Source: Candidatus Caldifonticola tengchongensis (GTDB taxonomy: Bacteria > Sysuimicrobiota > Sysuimicrobiia > Sysuimicrobiales > Sysuimicrobiaceae). Taken from it: a stretch of DNA of 64,000 bases. The stretch spans positions 57,861 to 121,860 of the forward strand of contig JAVKGX010000003.1 of assembly GCA_031432545.1 (NCBI GenBank), written 5' to 3'. The notes under the pieces are model-generated. The model was not told where the DNA came from and made no database searches. It saw nothing but the letters and a program-made list of their open reading frames with translations. Of the stretch, positions 11,407 through 21,806 are shown in pieces. Position numbers and translations under genes: made by a program. The number at the start of each line of letters is the position of its first letter. Positions within the stretch are counted from its first letter, which is position 1.

Positions 11407-11859
11407 ATGCGCAAGCTCCTTACCCTCGCAACCGTGCTCGTTCTGGTGGTGGCCTCGGGTTGGCCTGCAGCAGGACGAGGTTCACTGGAGGTCAGGCGCC
11501 CGTGGGCTCGGCCCGGCAACCGGGGGGCCAACAGCGCCATCTACCTGGAAATCCACAACTCCGGCGGCCAGCCGGATCGGCTCGTGTCCGCCGCCACGGA
11601 CGTGGCTCGCGCGGTGGAGCTGCATAACACCGTCATGGACCGGGGGATGCACCGCATGGTACGGGTCCAGTCGATTGCCGTGCCGGCCAATGGGGAGGTC
11701 GTCCTCCGCCCGGGCGGCTTTCACGTGATGCTCATCGGGCTCACACGCCGGCTGCACGTCGGAGATCGTTTTTCGCTGACCCTGCGCTTCCAGCGTACCG
11801 GCCGACTGACCGTCAGCGTGGAGGTGCGCGAGCAAGCCGGGGGAGGTCGAACGCACTGA
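11407..11859 (+). CDS. copper chaperone PCu(A)C (DUF461) family protein
   Basis: ATG 11407 (MRKLLTLATVLVLV signal peptide). His/Met-rich (HNSGG...HNTVMDRGMHRM). Directly follows the SCO1 gene, as is typical. Confidence 0.7.
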   Translation: MRKLLTLATVLVLVVASGWPAAGRGSLEVRRPWARPGNRGANSAIYLEIHNSGGQPDRLVSAATDVARAVELHNTVMDRGMHRMVRVQSIAVPANGEVVLRPGGFHVMLIGLTRRLHVGDRFSLTLRFQRTGRLTVSVEVREQAGGGRTH

Positions 11860-11979
11860 CGAGCCGAGCACCGTCTTGCGGGCAGAAGACCGGTTCCCCA
11901 TGATTCTTCGATCCGATCGGCCCGGAACCGTCACCGTCGGGGTGACGGCCCGGGAGCGTCCGGCGGGGGCACGCGGGGC

Positions 11980-12768
11980 ATGAAGTCGCGTACCTGCCGC
12001 CCCATCTGGCCCGTGGCGCTGCTGTCCGTGGCGGGCCTCGTGGTGAGCGGCTACCTGTGGTATGGGACCGGCGGGGCGGAACTTCGGCTTTGCCCCGCCG
12101 GGAGTGGCTGCCAAGTGGTGCAGGGCAGCCGGTACGCGTACCTCCTGGGCGTGCCGCTCCCCGTGTACGGGCTCGCGTACTACGGCACGCTTCTGGTCGC
12201 TTCATGCTGGAGCGTCGGGGCCGTGCGCCCGTGGCGGGTGGTGCTGTCCGTCTCTGCAGCGGGCTCTGCCGCATTCCTCGTCTTTTTGGGTGTCCAACGC
12301 TTCGTGCTGCACGCGTTCTGCTCTCTGTGTGTAGCCTCTGCCTTGATTTCCTTCGTTCTGCTCGGTCTGAGTTGGGCCTACGCCCGTACGCCGGTGCGCT
12401 GGCCTACGCTGGCGGTGCCCGCGCTGGCGGCGCTGATTTTCGTGGTGGGGGGCTACGCGGTCTCAGAGCGAAAGGTGGCGGCCAGCGCGTACGCGGAGGG
12501 ACTCGCCAAGCACCTCGCCGCCTCCGGTGCGAAGTTCTACGGGGCGTACTGGTGTCCCCACTGTACGGAGCAGAAGCGGATGTTCGGGGACGCAGCCCGC
12601 TACCTCCCGTATGTGGAGTGCGACGGTCGCGCCCCAGAGGGAAGGCCTGAAGAGTGCAGGCAGGCCGGGGTACAGGCATTCCCCACGTGGGTGATCGGCG
12701 GGCAAGCGTACGAAGGCACGATTCCCTTAGAAGAACTCGCGAGGCTGTCAGGGTATCGGTTGCCGTGA
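11980..12768 (+). CDS. vitamin K epoxide reductase (VKOR) domain fused to a thioredoxin-like domain
   Basis: Multi-pass membrane N-domain with the CxxC pair (CPAGSGCQ) and loop Cys pair typical of bacterial VKOR. C-terminal Trx-like domain with CPHC. Confidence 0.8.
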   Translation: MKSRTCRPIWPVALLSVAGLVVSGYLWYGTGGAELRLCPAGSGCQVVQGSRYAYLLGVPLPVYGLAYYGTLLVASCWSVGAVRPWRVVLSVSAAGSAAFLVFLGVQRFVLHAFCSLCVASALISFVLLGLSWAYARTPVRWPTLAVPALAALIFVVGGYAVSERKVAASAYAEGLAKHLAASGAKFYGAYWCPHCTEQKRMFGDAARYLPYVECDGRAPEGRPEECRQAGVQAFPTWVIGGQAYEGTIPLEELARLSGYRLP

Positions 12769-12830
12769 GCAGACGCCGTCACGGGGGCGCCGTACGTGTC
12801 GGAAGACGCGTGACGCAAAGCGACGAGGTT

Positions 12831-13238
12831 ATGGGCTACAGGCTTCTCAGGAACCGCGTCTTCTTGGTGTGCGTCGGTGTGCTCGTCCTTGCGACCATAG
12901 CCCTGACCTCTTACCGGGCGGTGAGGCCCTCGAAGTTCCCCCAACGCAATCCCATTCCTTCGACGACGCAGTCGGTTGAGGTGGGGCATCGCCTGTACCG
13001 CGCTTACTGTGCGGTCTGTCACGGCCCCGAAGGCTACGGAGACGGTCCGGCGGCGGCCAGCTTGGTGCCCAGACCCTCAGACCTGCGCCGCGCGGCCGAC
13101 ATGGATGATTCGGTTCTGTTCGCCCGGATCACCGAGGGCCTGCCGGGCACCGCCATGCCTGCGTTCCGCGATGTCCTGACCGAGGAGGAGCGCTGGCACG
13201 TGGTGAACTTCCTACGAACCTTGGGAAGCCTGCCGTGA
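12831..13238 (+). CDS. class I c-type cytochrome (membrane-anchored)
   Basis: ATG 12831. N-terminal TM anchor. Heme-binding CAVCH and a downstream Met ligand region (GTAMPAF). Confidence 0.8.
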   Translation: MGYRLLRNRVFLVCVGVLVLATIALTSYRAVRPSKFPQRNPIPSTTQSVEVGHRLYRAYCAVCHGPEGYGDGPAAASLVPRPSDLRRAADMDDSVLFARITEGLPGTAMPAFRDVLTEEERWHVVNFLRTLGSLP

Positions 13239-13318
13239 GACCTCCGCGGGCCAGATAGCAGACCCAGCGGCCCCCGAGGATGTCCGCGGCCTTGGCGTGA
13301 CGCCGTCTGGGTGGGACC

Positions 13319-14245
13319 GTGGAGTTGCATCAACTGGAAGCATTCGTGGCGGTTGCCACCTTTCGGAGCTTCCACCGCGCGGCGGAGGCGCTGTTCCTCT
13401 CCCAGCCCGCCGTGACCGCCCGGATCCAGTCCCTGGAGCGTGCCCTCGGCAAGCGGCTGTTCGAGCGCGACGGACGCACCGTGCGGCTCACGGACGCGGG
13501 AGAAGCCTTGCTGCCGTACGCGGAGCGGATCATCCAAGCCGTCGTGGAAGGCCAGCACGCGGTGCAGGAGACTTCCGGTCCGTCCGCGGGGCCCTTGACG
13601 TTGGCGGCCGTGCCCTCCCTGTGCACCTACTTGCTGCCCGAGGCTCTCAAGCAGTTCCGGCAAGAGTGCGAGGACTGCAAGGTGCTGATTCGCACCGGCC
13701 ATTCCCGGGACATCTTGGAGATGGTGCTCAGCGAGGAGGCCGAGATCGGGTTGGCGCGCTCCTTGAACCATCCCCAGGTGGAGACCAGCCACTTGGCCCG
13801 CGACCCGTTCGTGCTGGTGGTCTACCCTCGCCACCCTGCCGCGAAGGCGGGCCGGGTGACTTTGCCCGAGGTGGCCGGTGAGCCTCTCATCTTCTACGAC
13901 AGAGGGTCCAGCGACTGGACGCTGCTCAACGCCGCCTTCCGCCGGCAGGGCTTGATCCCCAACGTGGTCCTCGAGTTGGACACCATCGAGGCAACCAAGA
14001 AGATGGTCGAGCGAGGTGTCGGTATCTCCTTGCTGCCGAAGATCGCGGTTCGCCGGGAAGTGGCGGAGGGGAGTCTGGTCCCGGTACGTCTGCTCGGGGC
14101 GGGGATGCCCCAGCGGTTCGTGGACCTCATCTACCTCCGCGGACGCGGGCTCAACGAGTGGGCCAAGCGGTTCGTGCACACACTGCGAGCGACATTGCGC
14201 GGACACCAAGGTGTGGTCGGCCGGAAAGATCGGTCGGCCCGCTAG
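13319..14245 (+). CDS. LysR-family transcriptional regulator
   Basis: GTG 13319. HTH (FHRAAEALFLSQPAVTARIQSLE) plus LysR substrate-binding domain; 308 aa. Confidence 0.9.
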   Translation: MELHQLEAFVAVATFRSFHRAAEALFLSQPAVTARIQSLERALGKRLFERDGRTVRLTDAGEALLPYAERIIQAVVEGQHAVQETSGPSAGPLTLAAVPSLCTYLLPEALKQFRQECEDCKVLIRTGHSRDILEMVLSEEAEIGLARSLNHPQVETSHLARDPFVLVVYPRHPAAKAGRVTLPEVAGEPLIFYDRGSSDWTLLNAAFRRQGLIPNVVLELDTIEATKKMVERGVGISLLPKIAVRREVAEGSLVPVRLLGAGMPQRFVDLIYLRGRGLNEWAKRFVHTLRATLRGHQGVVGRKDRSAR

Positions 14246-14389
14246 ACTCCGACGGGCGATGCCTGCTGTTTCGCAGGGCGCGGAGTCGGACGCCCGGTGT
14301 ATGGTGGTGCCTACCCTGAATGTCGGTCGCCTGCAGCCAAAACGCCGGCAGTCGTGGTCCTCTAATAAGGAACGTGAATCGGTGTTGCG

Positions 14390-14418
14390 TTGACACGCAC
14401 CCGGCTCGCTGGTACAAG
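14390..14418 (+). promoter_or_regulatory. candidate sigma-A promoter (TTGACA - 17 nt - TACAAG) for the ilv-leu leader
   Basis: Perfect -35 at 14390-14395 and a 4/6 -10 at 14413-14418, about 140 nt upstream of the T-box proper. Prediction by sequence only. Confidence 0.35.
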
Positions 14419-14559
14419 TAAACGCACACCGAAAGGCTCGGTCGCACGGAAAGGGGGCTCTGACCACGGGCCGTCCTACCGTGTCCGACACCGGACCGCC
14501 AGGTCCGGGACAGCGCCCCGCCACCCGATCGGGGCTCTTCGGGTGTGCGTCTTTCAGCT

Positions 14560-14798
14560 GAACTCAAGCGAGGAAGGGAAGCAGTAGGCGCCAGCAGCTC
14601 TCGCAGAGAACCGGAGCCGGTGCGATCCGGTAGAGCGAAGCGCTGAACCTCGTCCCCGAGCTTGCCGGGCGAAAGGTCGAGTAGTCCGGCACGCGGCCAG
14701 CGTAAACGCCCAACGAGGTCCAAGTTCTCCTGGGGCTTGGAACTAAGGTGGTACCGCGGGAGCCAACCCGTCCTTAGGTTGGCTCCCGTTGTTTTCCG
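14560..14798 (+). promoter_or_regulatory. T-box riboswitch leader with intrinsic terminator, upstream of ilvB
   Basis: Canonical T-box sequence aaCTAAGGTGGTACCGCGG at 14745-14759 overlapping the 5' arm of a perfect 11-bp terminator stem (gggagccaacc / ggttggctccc, 14758-14788) followed by gttgttttcc. AGAGA and GNUGA-like elements and an AGUA box lie upstream (14600-14700). About 230 nt from leader start to terminator. Confidence 0.8.
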
Positions 14799-14826
14799 GA
14801 GCTTGCCAAACGAAGGGAGGGTGACG

Positions 14827-16527
14827 ATGCGGACCAGCACGGTGGAGGCGCGCGAGGCCACCCGCACCGTTTCAGGGGCCCGGGCGGTGGTGCGGGTGCT
14901 TGAGGAAGCCGGGGCGGAGTGGATCTTCGGACATCCCGGTGGCGCGTCCCTCCCCCTGTACGACGCTCTGTACGACGCGCCCAAGCTCCGCCACGTCTTG
15001 TGTCGGCACGAGCAGGTCGCTGCGCACGCGGCCACCGGCTACGCGCGGGCTTCCGGCCGGTTCGGGGTGTGCACCGCCACTTCAGGCCCCGGCGCTACCA
15101 ACCTGGTGACGGGCCTGGCCGACGCCATGATGGATTCCGCGGCGGTGCTGGCTATCACGGGCCAGGTGGTCCGCGCCAACATCGGCACCGACGCCTTTCA
15201 GGAGGCGGACGTCACTTCCATCACCACCCCCATCACGAAGCACAACGCGTTGGTGATCGAGCCCCACGGCCTCGTGCGGACCCTGCGAGAAGCCATCTAC
15301 CTGTGTCAGTCCGGTCGTCCCGGACCGGTCTTGGTGGACGTGCCCCGGGACGTCTTCCAGACCCAGATCCCCGCGGACCTGCTCGACGAACCCTTCGAGC
15401 CGCGGAGGCGTCCGGTCACGAAGGGGAACGCCACTCGGATCGCCCAGGCTGCCGACGCCATCTCCCGAAGTCGGAGGCCGGTCCTGTACGTAGGCGGCGG
15501 TGCCCAGGACGCCAGCGTCCCACTTGGGCGGCTGGCCCGGCGCTGCCGCATCCCCGTCATGGTCACCCTCATGGGGAAAGGCGCTTTCGACGAAACCGAT
15601 CCCCTGTGCCTGGGCATGCTGGGGATGCACGGGACCGCATACGCCAACTACGCCATCAACGCCGCGGACTTGGTGATCGCGGTGGGCGCGCGCTTCGACG
15701 ACCGTGTGACGGGTCGGCTGAAGGACTTCTGCCCCCACGCGCGGTTCATCCACATCGATATCGACCCGTCCGAGATCGGCAAGAACAAACCCGCGCACGT
15801 GCCGATCGTGGGCGATGCCCGGGAGGTCTTGGAGGCCCTGGAACCCCTTGCCCGGCCCCCCGAAACCGAGGCCTGGTGGAGACAGATCGAGGAGTGGCGG
15901 ACGCGTCACCCCCTCCGGTGGAAGCCCGGACCCCTGCTGAAGCCCCAGGAGGCCATCGAGGCCATCTACCGGGTGACCCGAGGGGAGGCGGTGGTGGTCA
16001 CGGACGTGGGTCAGCATCAGATGTGGGCGGCCCAGTACTACAAGTGCCGAAGGCCGCGCACCTTCATCTCCTCCGCCGGGCTGGGCGCCATGGGGTTCGG
16101 GTTTCCTGCCGCCATGGGAGCTCAGTTCGCCCGCCCCGACACCCTCGTGGTGGCCATCGTGGGCGACGGGGGATTTCAGATGACCCTGCAGGACCTCATC
16201 ACCGCAGTGGAGTGGAAGCTGCCCTTGAAGGTCTACGTGGTCAACAACACTTCTTTGGGGATGGTGCGGCAGTGGCAGGAGCTGTTCTACCAGGAGCGCT
16301 ACTGCGCGGTGCACCTGCGCAACCCAGATTTCGCCCGGGTCGCGGAGGCGTTCGGGGCGGTAGGGATCCGGGTGGAGCGGTCGGATGAGCTGGAGCCGGC
16401 CCTCCTGCGGTCCCTGGAGGTCACGGACCGGCCCGTGGTGGTGGACCTAGTCGTGGACCCGGAGGAAAACTGCTACCCCATGATCCCCTCCGGCCAGTCC
16501 GTGAAGGAAATGATCCTCGGTGACTGA
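14827..16527 (+). CDS. ilvB: acetolactate synthase large subunit (biosynthetic type)
   Basis: ATG 14827 with RBS gaagggaggg. TPP and FAD motifs (GHPGGASLPLYDAL, GDGGFQM...NN). Confidence 0.92.
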   Translation: MRTSTVEAREATRTVSGARAVVRVLEEAGAEWIFGHPGGASLPLYDALYDAPKLRHVLCRHEQVAAHAATGYARASGRFGVCTATSGPGATNLVTGLADAMMDSAAVLAITGQVVRANIGTDAFQEADVTSITTPITKHNALVIEPHGLVRTLREAIYLCQSGRPGPVLVDVPRDVFQTQIPADLLDEPFEPRRRPVTKGNATRIAQAADAISRSRRPVLYVGGGAQDASVPLGRLARRCRIPVMVTLMGKGAFDETDPLCLGMLGMHGTAYANYAINAADLVIAVGARFDDRVTGRLKDFCPHARFIHIDIDPSEIGKNKPAHVPIVGDAREVLEALEPLARPPETEAWWRQIEEWRTRHPLRWKPGPLLKPQEAIEAIYRVTRGEAVVVTDVGQHQMWAAQYYKCRRPRTFISSAGLGAMGFGFPAAMGAQFARPDTLVVAIVGDGGFQMTLQDLITAVEWKLPLKVYVVNNTSLGMVRQWQELFYQERYCAVHLRNPDFARVAEAFGAVGIRVERSDELEPALLRSLEVTDRPVVVDLVVDPEENCYPMIPSGQSVKEMILGD

Positions 16528-17041
16528 CGCGGTACCGATCCCCCAGGTGCGCTCCGAGCGCCGGGTGCTTGCCGTGCTGGTGGACAACGTGCCCGGGGTC
16601 CTGCTGCGCGTCGTTGCGTTGTTCCGGAGGCGGGGACTCAACATCCACAGCCTGGCGGTGTCGGTCACCGAGGACCCTGCGGTGTCCCGTATCACCATGA
16701 CCGTGGAGTGTCCGGCAATCCTGGCGGAGTCCGTGGTCAAGCAGGTCCGCCGAGTGATGGAGGTCCGTCGGGTGCGGGACGTCACCGATGCGCCCCGCAC
16801 GGAGCGGGAGCTGGCGTTGGTAAAGGTGAACGCGCCCGCAGGCGTGCGGTCGGAGATCCTGGAGGCAGCCCAGGTGTTCCGTGCTCGCCCCATCGACCTG
16901 ACGGAGAAGACCGTGACCCTGGAGGTTACCGGCAGCCCGGAGAAGATCGACGCCTTCTTGAACCTCGTGGCGCGTCACGGGGTGCGGGAGGTGGCCCGTA
17001 CCGGATCCGTCGCGCTCATCCGAGGTTCGGCCACGACGTAG
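16520..17041 (+). CDS. ilvN: acetolactate synthase small (regulatory) subunit
   Basis: 173 aa. ACT domain ([33 protein letters not shown]). 8-nt overlap with ilvB. Confidence 0.9.
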   Translation: MTDAVPIPQVRSERRVLAVLVDNVPGVLLRVVALFRRRGLNIHSLAVSVTEDPAVSRITMTVECPAILAESVVKQVRRVMEVRRVRDVTDAPRTERELALVKVNAPAGVRSEILEAAQVFRARPIDLTEKTVTLEVTGSPEKIDAFLNLVARHGVREVARTGSVALIRGSATT

Positions 17042-17063
17042 ATTACGACAGCCGAGGTGCGGA

Positions 17064-18095
17064 ATGGCAAAGACGTACTACGAACGCAACGCCAGTCCGG
17101 AACTCATCCGATCCAAGCGTGTGGCGGTGCTGGGGTACGGCAGCCAGGGGCACGCCCACGCCCTAAACCTGCGGGACCAAGGTGTGTCGGTGGTGGTGGG
17201 GCTGAAACCGGGCGGATCGTGGGACCGCGCACGGGCGGACAGATTCCGGGTGGTGGAGGTAGCCGAGGCAGTCCGGGAGGCGGACGTGGTCTCGGTGCTG
17301 CTGCCCGACATGGTACAGGCCCAGGTGTACCGGGAGGCCATCCGGCCGAACCTGCGCCGGGGACAGGCCATGGTCTTCGCCCACGGGTTCACGGTCCTGT
17401 ACGGCCAGGTGGAACCTCCCTCCGACGTGGACGTGCTCATGGTGGCTCCCAAGTCTCCCGGACACCGCATGCGGGAGGTGTTCGTGGAAGGCCAAGGGGT
17501 GCCCGGGCTCGTGGCCGTACACCAGGACACCACCGGTCAGGCCAAGGACCTCGCGTTGGCGTACGCGTGGGGGGTGGGCTGCCTGCGGGCTGGGGTGGTG
17601 GAGACCACCTTCCGGGAGGAGACCGAAAGTGACCTGTTTGGCGAGCAGGCGGTCCTGTGCGGCGGGGTCACGGCCCTGATCCAGGCGGGCTTCGAGACCC
17701 TCGTGGAGGCCGGTTACCAGCCGGAGATCGCCTACTTCGAGTGCCTGAATGAGCTGAAGCTGATCGTGGACCTCATCTACGAGGGCGGCATCCAGCGGAT
17801 GCGGTACTCCGTGTCGGACACGGCGGAATATGGAGACTACACCCGTGGCCCGCAGATCATCGACCAGCACGTGCGGCAGCGGATGAGGGAGATTCTCAAG
17901 GAGATCCAGGACGGGAGGTTCGCCCGGGAGTGGATCCTGGAGGGCCAGGCCAACTTCCCGTCCCTGCAGAACCTTCGGGTTCGGGCGGCGCAGCACCCCA
18001 TCGAGGAGGTAGGCCGTCAACTGCGGGCCATGATGCCATGGCTGCGGCGGCAGCCCAATGGCGCGCAGGCAGTAGGAGTTGGCACAGGCAGCTAG
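17064..18095 (+). CDS. ilvC: ketol-acid reductoisomerase
   Basis: 343 aa. NADP-binding [19 protein letters not shown] and the KARI C-terminal domain. Confidence 0.95.
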   Translation: MAKTYYERNASPELIRSKRVAVLGYGSQGHAHALNLRDQGVSVVVGLKPGGSWDRARADRFRVVEVAEAVREADVVSVLLPDMVQAQVYREAIRPNLRRGQAMVFAHGFTVLYGQVEPPSDVDVLMVAPKSPGHRMREVFVEGQGVPGLVAVHQDTTGQAKDLALAYAWGVGCLRAGVVETTFREETESDLFGEQAVLCGGVTALIQAGFETLVEAGYQPEIAYFECLNELKLIVDLIYEGGIQRMRYSVSDTAEYGDYTRGPQIIDQHVRQRMREILKEIQDGRFAREWILEGQANFPSLQNLRVRAAQHPIEEVGRQLRAMMPWLRRQPNGAQAVGVGTGS

Positions 18096-18100
18096 CGTTG

Positions 18101-19651
18101 ATGGATCGCGTCTACATCTTTGACACGACCCTGCGAGACGGGGAGCAGTCACCCGGATTCTCCATGACCGTCCAGGAGAAGCTGGAGATGGCGCGGGCCC
18201 TCGCTCGCCTGGGCGTGGACGTGATCGAGGCAGGGTTCCCCATCGCGTCCTCGGGCGACCTGGAGGCGGTCCGGCTCATCGCCCGCGAGGTGCGGGGCCC
18301 GGTGATCTGCGGCCTGGCCCGGGCTCAGCGGCAGGACATCGAGGTGTGCTGGGAAGGCGTACAGGAGGCGGAGCGACCCCGGATCCACACCTTCATCGCC
18401 ACCTCCCCCATCCACATGGAACGGAAGCTCCGGATGAGGCCGGAGGAGGTGCTGGACGCCGCGCGGCAGGCCGTCCGGCTGGCGCGCTCCCTGTGTCCGG
18501 AGGTGGAGTTCAGCTGTGAGGATGCCACCCGTTCCGACGTGGGGTTTTTGTGCCGGGTGGTGGAGGCGGCCATCCGTGAGGGAGCTGCGGTCATCAACCT
18601 CCCCGACACGGTCGGGTATGCGGTCCCCCACGAGTACGCGAACCTCATTCACACTGTGCGGGAACGGGTCCCGGACTCCGACCGGGTGGTGTGGAGCGTG
18701 CACTGTCACGACGACCTCGGAATAGCGGTGGCCAACTCGCTCGCGGGGGTGCAGGCGGGGGCGCGCCAGGTGGAAGGCACCATCAACGGCATCGGGGAGC
18801 GCGCGGGCAACGCGGCCCTAGAGGAGGTGATCATGGCGCTGGCCACCCGCCGCGATGCCTTCGGGCTGCGGGTGGACGTGGACACCACCCGCATCTACCC
18901 CACCAGCCGGCTGCTGTCCGCCCTGACCGGGGTGGACGTGCAGCCCAACAAGGCCGTCGTCGGGGCCAACGCCTTCGCCCACGAGGCGGGCATCCACCAG
19001 CACGGCGTTCTCAGCGACCCGAGGACCTACGAGATCATAACCCCCGCCTCCGTTGGAGTGCCGACCAACCGGCTGGTCCTCGGCAAGCACTCGGGCCGCC
19101 ACGGCCTGGTGCACGCACTCCGGGAGATGGGCTTTCAGCTCACCGAAGGAGAGGTGGAGCGGGTGTACACCCGCTTCAAGGCCCTGTGCGACCGCAAGAA
19201 GCGGGTGGAGGTGGGCGACCTGGTGGCCCTGGTGCAGGAGTGGTTCGCCGCCGCGCCCGAGACGTACCGGCTGGTGTCCTTCCGGGTCACCACGGCCAGC
19301 GACGAACCGCCGCACGCCGCGGTGCGTCTGGAGCGGTCCGGCCAGCTGCACGTGGCCGAGAGCAGCGGGGACGGACCCGTGGATGCCCTGTTCGCGGCCA
19401 TCAACGCGGCCACCGGGCGGCAGGTGCGGCTGGTGGACTACAGCCTGCGATCTGCCACCGGCGGCAGCGACGCCCTGGGCGAAGCGGTGTGTCGGCTGGT
19501 GGAGGGGGACCGGGTGGCCACGGGCCGCGGCAGCAGCACCGACGTCCTGGAGGCCAGCGCCCTGGCATACGTGGCAGCGCTGAACAAGCTGGTGGAGACC
19601 CGCCCTGCGGAGAAGGTCCCCGCGGGGCCGCAGGCAGCTTCCGGCCCCTGA
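18101..19651 (+). CDS. leuA: 2-isopropylmalate synthase
   Basis: ATG 18101 ([16 protein letters not shown]). [20 protein letters not shown]. Has the C-terminal LeuA regulatory domain (516 aa), consistent with leuA rather than cimA. Confidence 0.9.
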   Translation: MDRVYIFDTTLRDGEQSPGFSMTVQEKLEMARALARLGVDVIEAGFPIASSGDLEAVRLIAREVRGPVICGLARAQRQDIEVCWEGVQEAERPRIHTFIATSPIHMERKLRMRPEEVLDAARQAVRLARSLCPEVEFSCEDATRSDVGFLCRVVEAAIREGAAVINLPDTVGYAVPHEYANLIHTVRERVPDSDRVVWSVHCHDDLGIAVANSLAGVQAGARQVEGTINGIGERAGNAALEEVIMALATRRDAFGLRVDVDTTRIYPTSRLLSALTGVDVQPNKAVVGANAFAHEAGIHQHGVLSDPRTYEIITPASVGVPTNRLVLGKHSGRHGLVHALREMGFQLTEGEVERVYTRFKALCDRKKRVEVGDLVALVQEWFAAAPETYRLVSFRVTTASDEPPHAAVRLERSGQLHVAESSGDGPVDALFAAINAATGRQVRLVDYSLRSATGGSDALGEAVCRLVEGDRVATGRGSSTDVLEASALAYVAALNKLVETRPAEKVPAGPQAASGP

Positions 19652-19661
19652 GGGAGAACCC

Positions 19662-20942
19662 ATGGGAATGACCATCACGGAAAAGATCCTGGCGTACCAC
19701 GCCAACCTGCCCAAGGTGGAGCCCGGCGATTTGGTGGAGTGCCGGGTGGACATGCTGTTCGCCAACGACATCACCGCACCGCTGGCGATCCAGCAGTTCC
19801 AGCGGATCGGCGTGGACCGGGTATTCGACCCGGACCGCGTGGCCTTCGTCCTGGATCACTACTCGCCTGCGAAGGACATCGCATCCGCAGAGCAGTGCCG
19901 CATCACCCGGGAGTTCGTCCGCAAGCACGGGCTGGCGCACTTCTACGACGTGGGACGGGCGGGCATCGCGCACGTGCTGCTGGCGGAGGAGGGATTCGTG
20001 GCGCCCGGGGAGGTGTTCGTGGGGGCGGACTCCCACACCTGCAACCACGGGGCGCTGGGGGCTTTCGCCACCGGGGTGGGTAGCTCGGACCTGGCCGCCG
20101 CCATGGCCACGGGACGCTTGTGGTTCCGGGTCCCGCCCACCCTGCACTTCGTGTTCCGCGGGACCCTGCCGCGCTGGGTAACGGGCAAGGACCTGGTGCT
20201 CCGGATCATCGGGGACATCGGGGTGGACGGGGCGCGGTACGCGGCCATGGAGTTCGCGGGACCGGTGCTCCAGCAGCTTTCCATGGACGAGCGGTTCTCC
20301 ATCACCAACATGGCGGTGGAGGCGGGCGCGAAGAACGGCATCATGGAACCCGACGAGGCGGTGTTGGACTGGGTTCGGCCACGGGCCCGGCGTCCGTTCC
20401 AGCCGGTGTACGGGGATCCGGACGCATCCTACGCTGCGGTGTACGAGTACGACGTGACGGACATGCAGCCCGTGGTGAGCGCGCCGCCGTCGCCGGCCAA
20501 CGTGCTCCCGGTCGCGGAGGTGTCGGGCGTGCGGGTGGACCAGTGCTTCATCGGCACGTGCACCAACGGGCGCATCGAGGACCTCCGTCAGGCAGCGCAG
20601 GTGCTGGCAGGCCGGCGGATCCATCCGAACGTGCGCCTGCTGGTGATCCCGGCCAGCCCCCACGTCTATCGCCAGGCCCTGGAGGAAGGGCTCATCCAGG
20701 TGTTCCTGGACGCGGGAGGTGCGGTGTCCACGCCCACCTGCGGGCCGTGCATCGGCGGGCACATGGGGGTGCTGGCCGAAGGGGAGGTGTGCGTGTCCAC
20801 CAGCAGCCGGAACTTCATCGGCCGCATGGGACACCGGGGCAGCAAGACGTACCTGTCCAACGCCGCGGTGGCGGCCGCAGCCGCGGTGGCAGGCAAGCTC
20901 GTGCACCCCGACGAGGTCGTGCGGGAACCGACGCGGGTGTGA
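19662..20942 (+). CDS. leuC: 3-isopropylmalate dehydratase large subunit
   Basis: 426 aa aconitase-family protein with Fe-S ligand cysteines (CNHG..., GTCTNGR, TCGPCIG). Confidence 0.92.
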   Translation: MGMTITEKILAYHANLPKVEPGDLVECRVDMLFANDITAPLAIQQFQRIGVDRVFDPDRVAFVLDHYSPAKDIASAEQCRITREFVRKHGLAHFYDVGRAGIAHVLLAEEGFVAPGEVFVGADSHTCNHGALGAFATGVGSSDLAAAMATGRLWFRVPPTLHFVFRGTLPRWVTGKDLVLRIIGDIGVDGARYAAMEFAGPVLQQLSMDERFSITNMAVEAGAKNGIMEPDEAVLDWVRPRARRPFQPVYGDPDASYAAVYEYDVTDMQPVVSAPPSPANVLPVAEVSGVRVDQCFIGTCTNGRIEDLRQAAQVLAGRRIHPNVRLLVIPASPHVYRQALEEGLIQVFLDAGGAVSTPTCGPCIGGHMGVLAEGEVCVSTSSRNFIGRMGHRGSKTYLSNAAVAAAAAVAGKLVHPDEVVREPTRV

Positions 20943-20944
20943 GG

Positions 20945-21457
20945 ATGTCGGCCATCGCGATCCGGGGTAGGGCGCACAAAGTCGGCGACCACGTCGACAC
21001 CGACCTCATCATCGCGGGGCGGTACCTGGTCACCACGGAACCTGCCGAACTCGCTGAGCACCTCTTCGAGGACCTGGATCCCGGGTTGCGCCAGCGCATC
21101 CGGCCCGGGGACGTCGTGGTGGCCGGCGAGAACTTTGGGCAGGGCAGCTCCCGGGAGCACGCTCCCCTGGCCCTGGTGGGTGCCGGCGTGGCTGCGGTGG
21201 TGGCGGCTTCCTACGCGCGCATCTTCTACCGAAACGCCTTCAACAACGGCCTGCTCCTGCTGGAGTGCCCGGAGGCCAGCCGCGCGGTGCAGGACGGCGA
21301 CGAGCTGGAGATCGACCCGCACACGGGGGAGATCCGGAACCTCACCCGGGGTGAAGTCTACCGGGCCAGGCCCATCCCGCCCTTCATGCAGGAGCTCACG
21401 CGACTCGGCGGGATCATCCCCTACGTGCGGCGCAGGCTCGGACTGGAGGCGTGCTGA
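20945..21457 (+). CDS. leuD: 3-isopropylmalate dehydratase small subunit
   Basis: ATG 20945, 3 nt after the leuC stop. LeuD/aconitase swivel domain, 170 aa. Confidence 0.9.
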   Translation: MSAIAIRGRAHKVGDHVDTDLIIAGRYLVTTEPAELAEHLFEDLDPGLRQRIRPGDVVVAGENFGQGSSREHAPLALVGAGVAAVVAASYARIFYRNAFNNGLLLLECPEASRAVQDGDELEIDPHTGEIRNLTRGEVYRARPIPPFMQELTRLGGIIPYVRRRLGLEAC

Positions 21458-21689
21458 TGCGGGTGGAGGTGTACGACACGACCTCCAAGACCGGACGCAT
21501 GGCGCGGACGTGGAGTTTTCCGTGAAGGAGACGCTGCGCTGTGCCCTGGCCTGGACGAGGTCGTGTGGACTTCGTGGAGGGCGGCAGTTAGCTCACGCGT
21601 GGTGGTGGACGGCCCCGTGGCGGTCGTACGGGCTGCATGCACGGGTAGCGGTGGCGATTGCGGGTGGGCATCAGGACGGAGGAGATACC

Positions 21690-21806
21690 ATGGAGGAGGT
21701 CTGGAAGGAGGAACTGGAGGCCGTGCTGGGCTGGCTGTGTGAGGCAGAGGCGTCGGAGCAGGACGAGGACAGCTGGACCATCGCCTGCATCCAGCAGATG
21801 TACTGA
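21690..21806 (+). CDS. candidate small acidic protein (38 aa) translationally coupled to leuB
   Basis: Strong RBS ggaggag 5 nt before ATG 21690. MEEVWKEELEAVLGWLCEAEASEQDEDSWTIACIQQMY. Stop TGA 21804-21806 lies 3 nt before the leuB GTG. GC3-rich. Confidence 0.4.
   Translation: MEEVWKEELEAVLGWLCEAEASEQDEDSWTIACIQQMY

Noticed and set aside
21456-21524. 22-codon ORF (MRVEVYDTTSKTGRMARTWSFP) immediately after leuD, as a possible attenuation leader peptide.
   Set aside because: No run of Leu/Ile/Val codons, no RBS and no following attenuator-like alternative hairpins; likely fortuitous.
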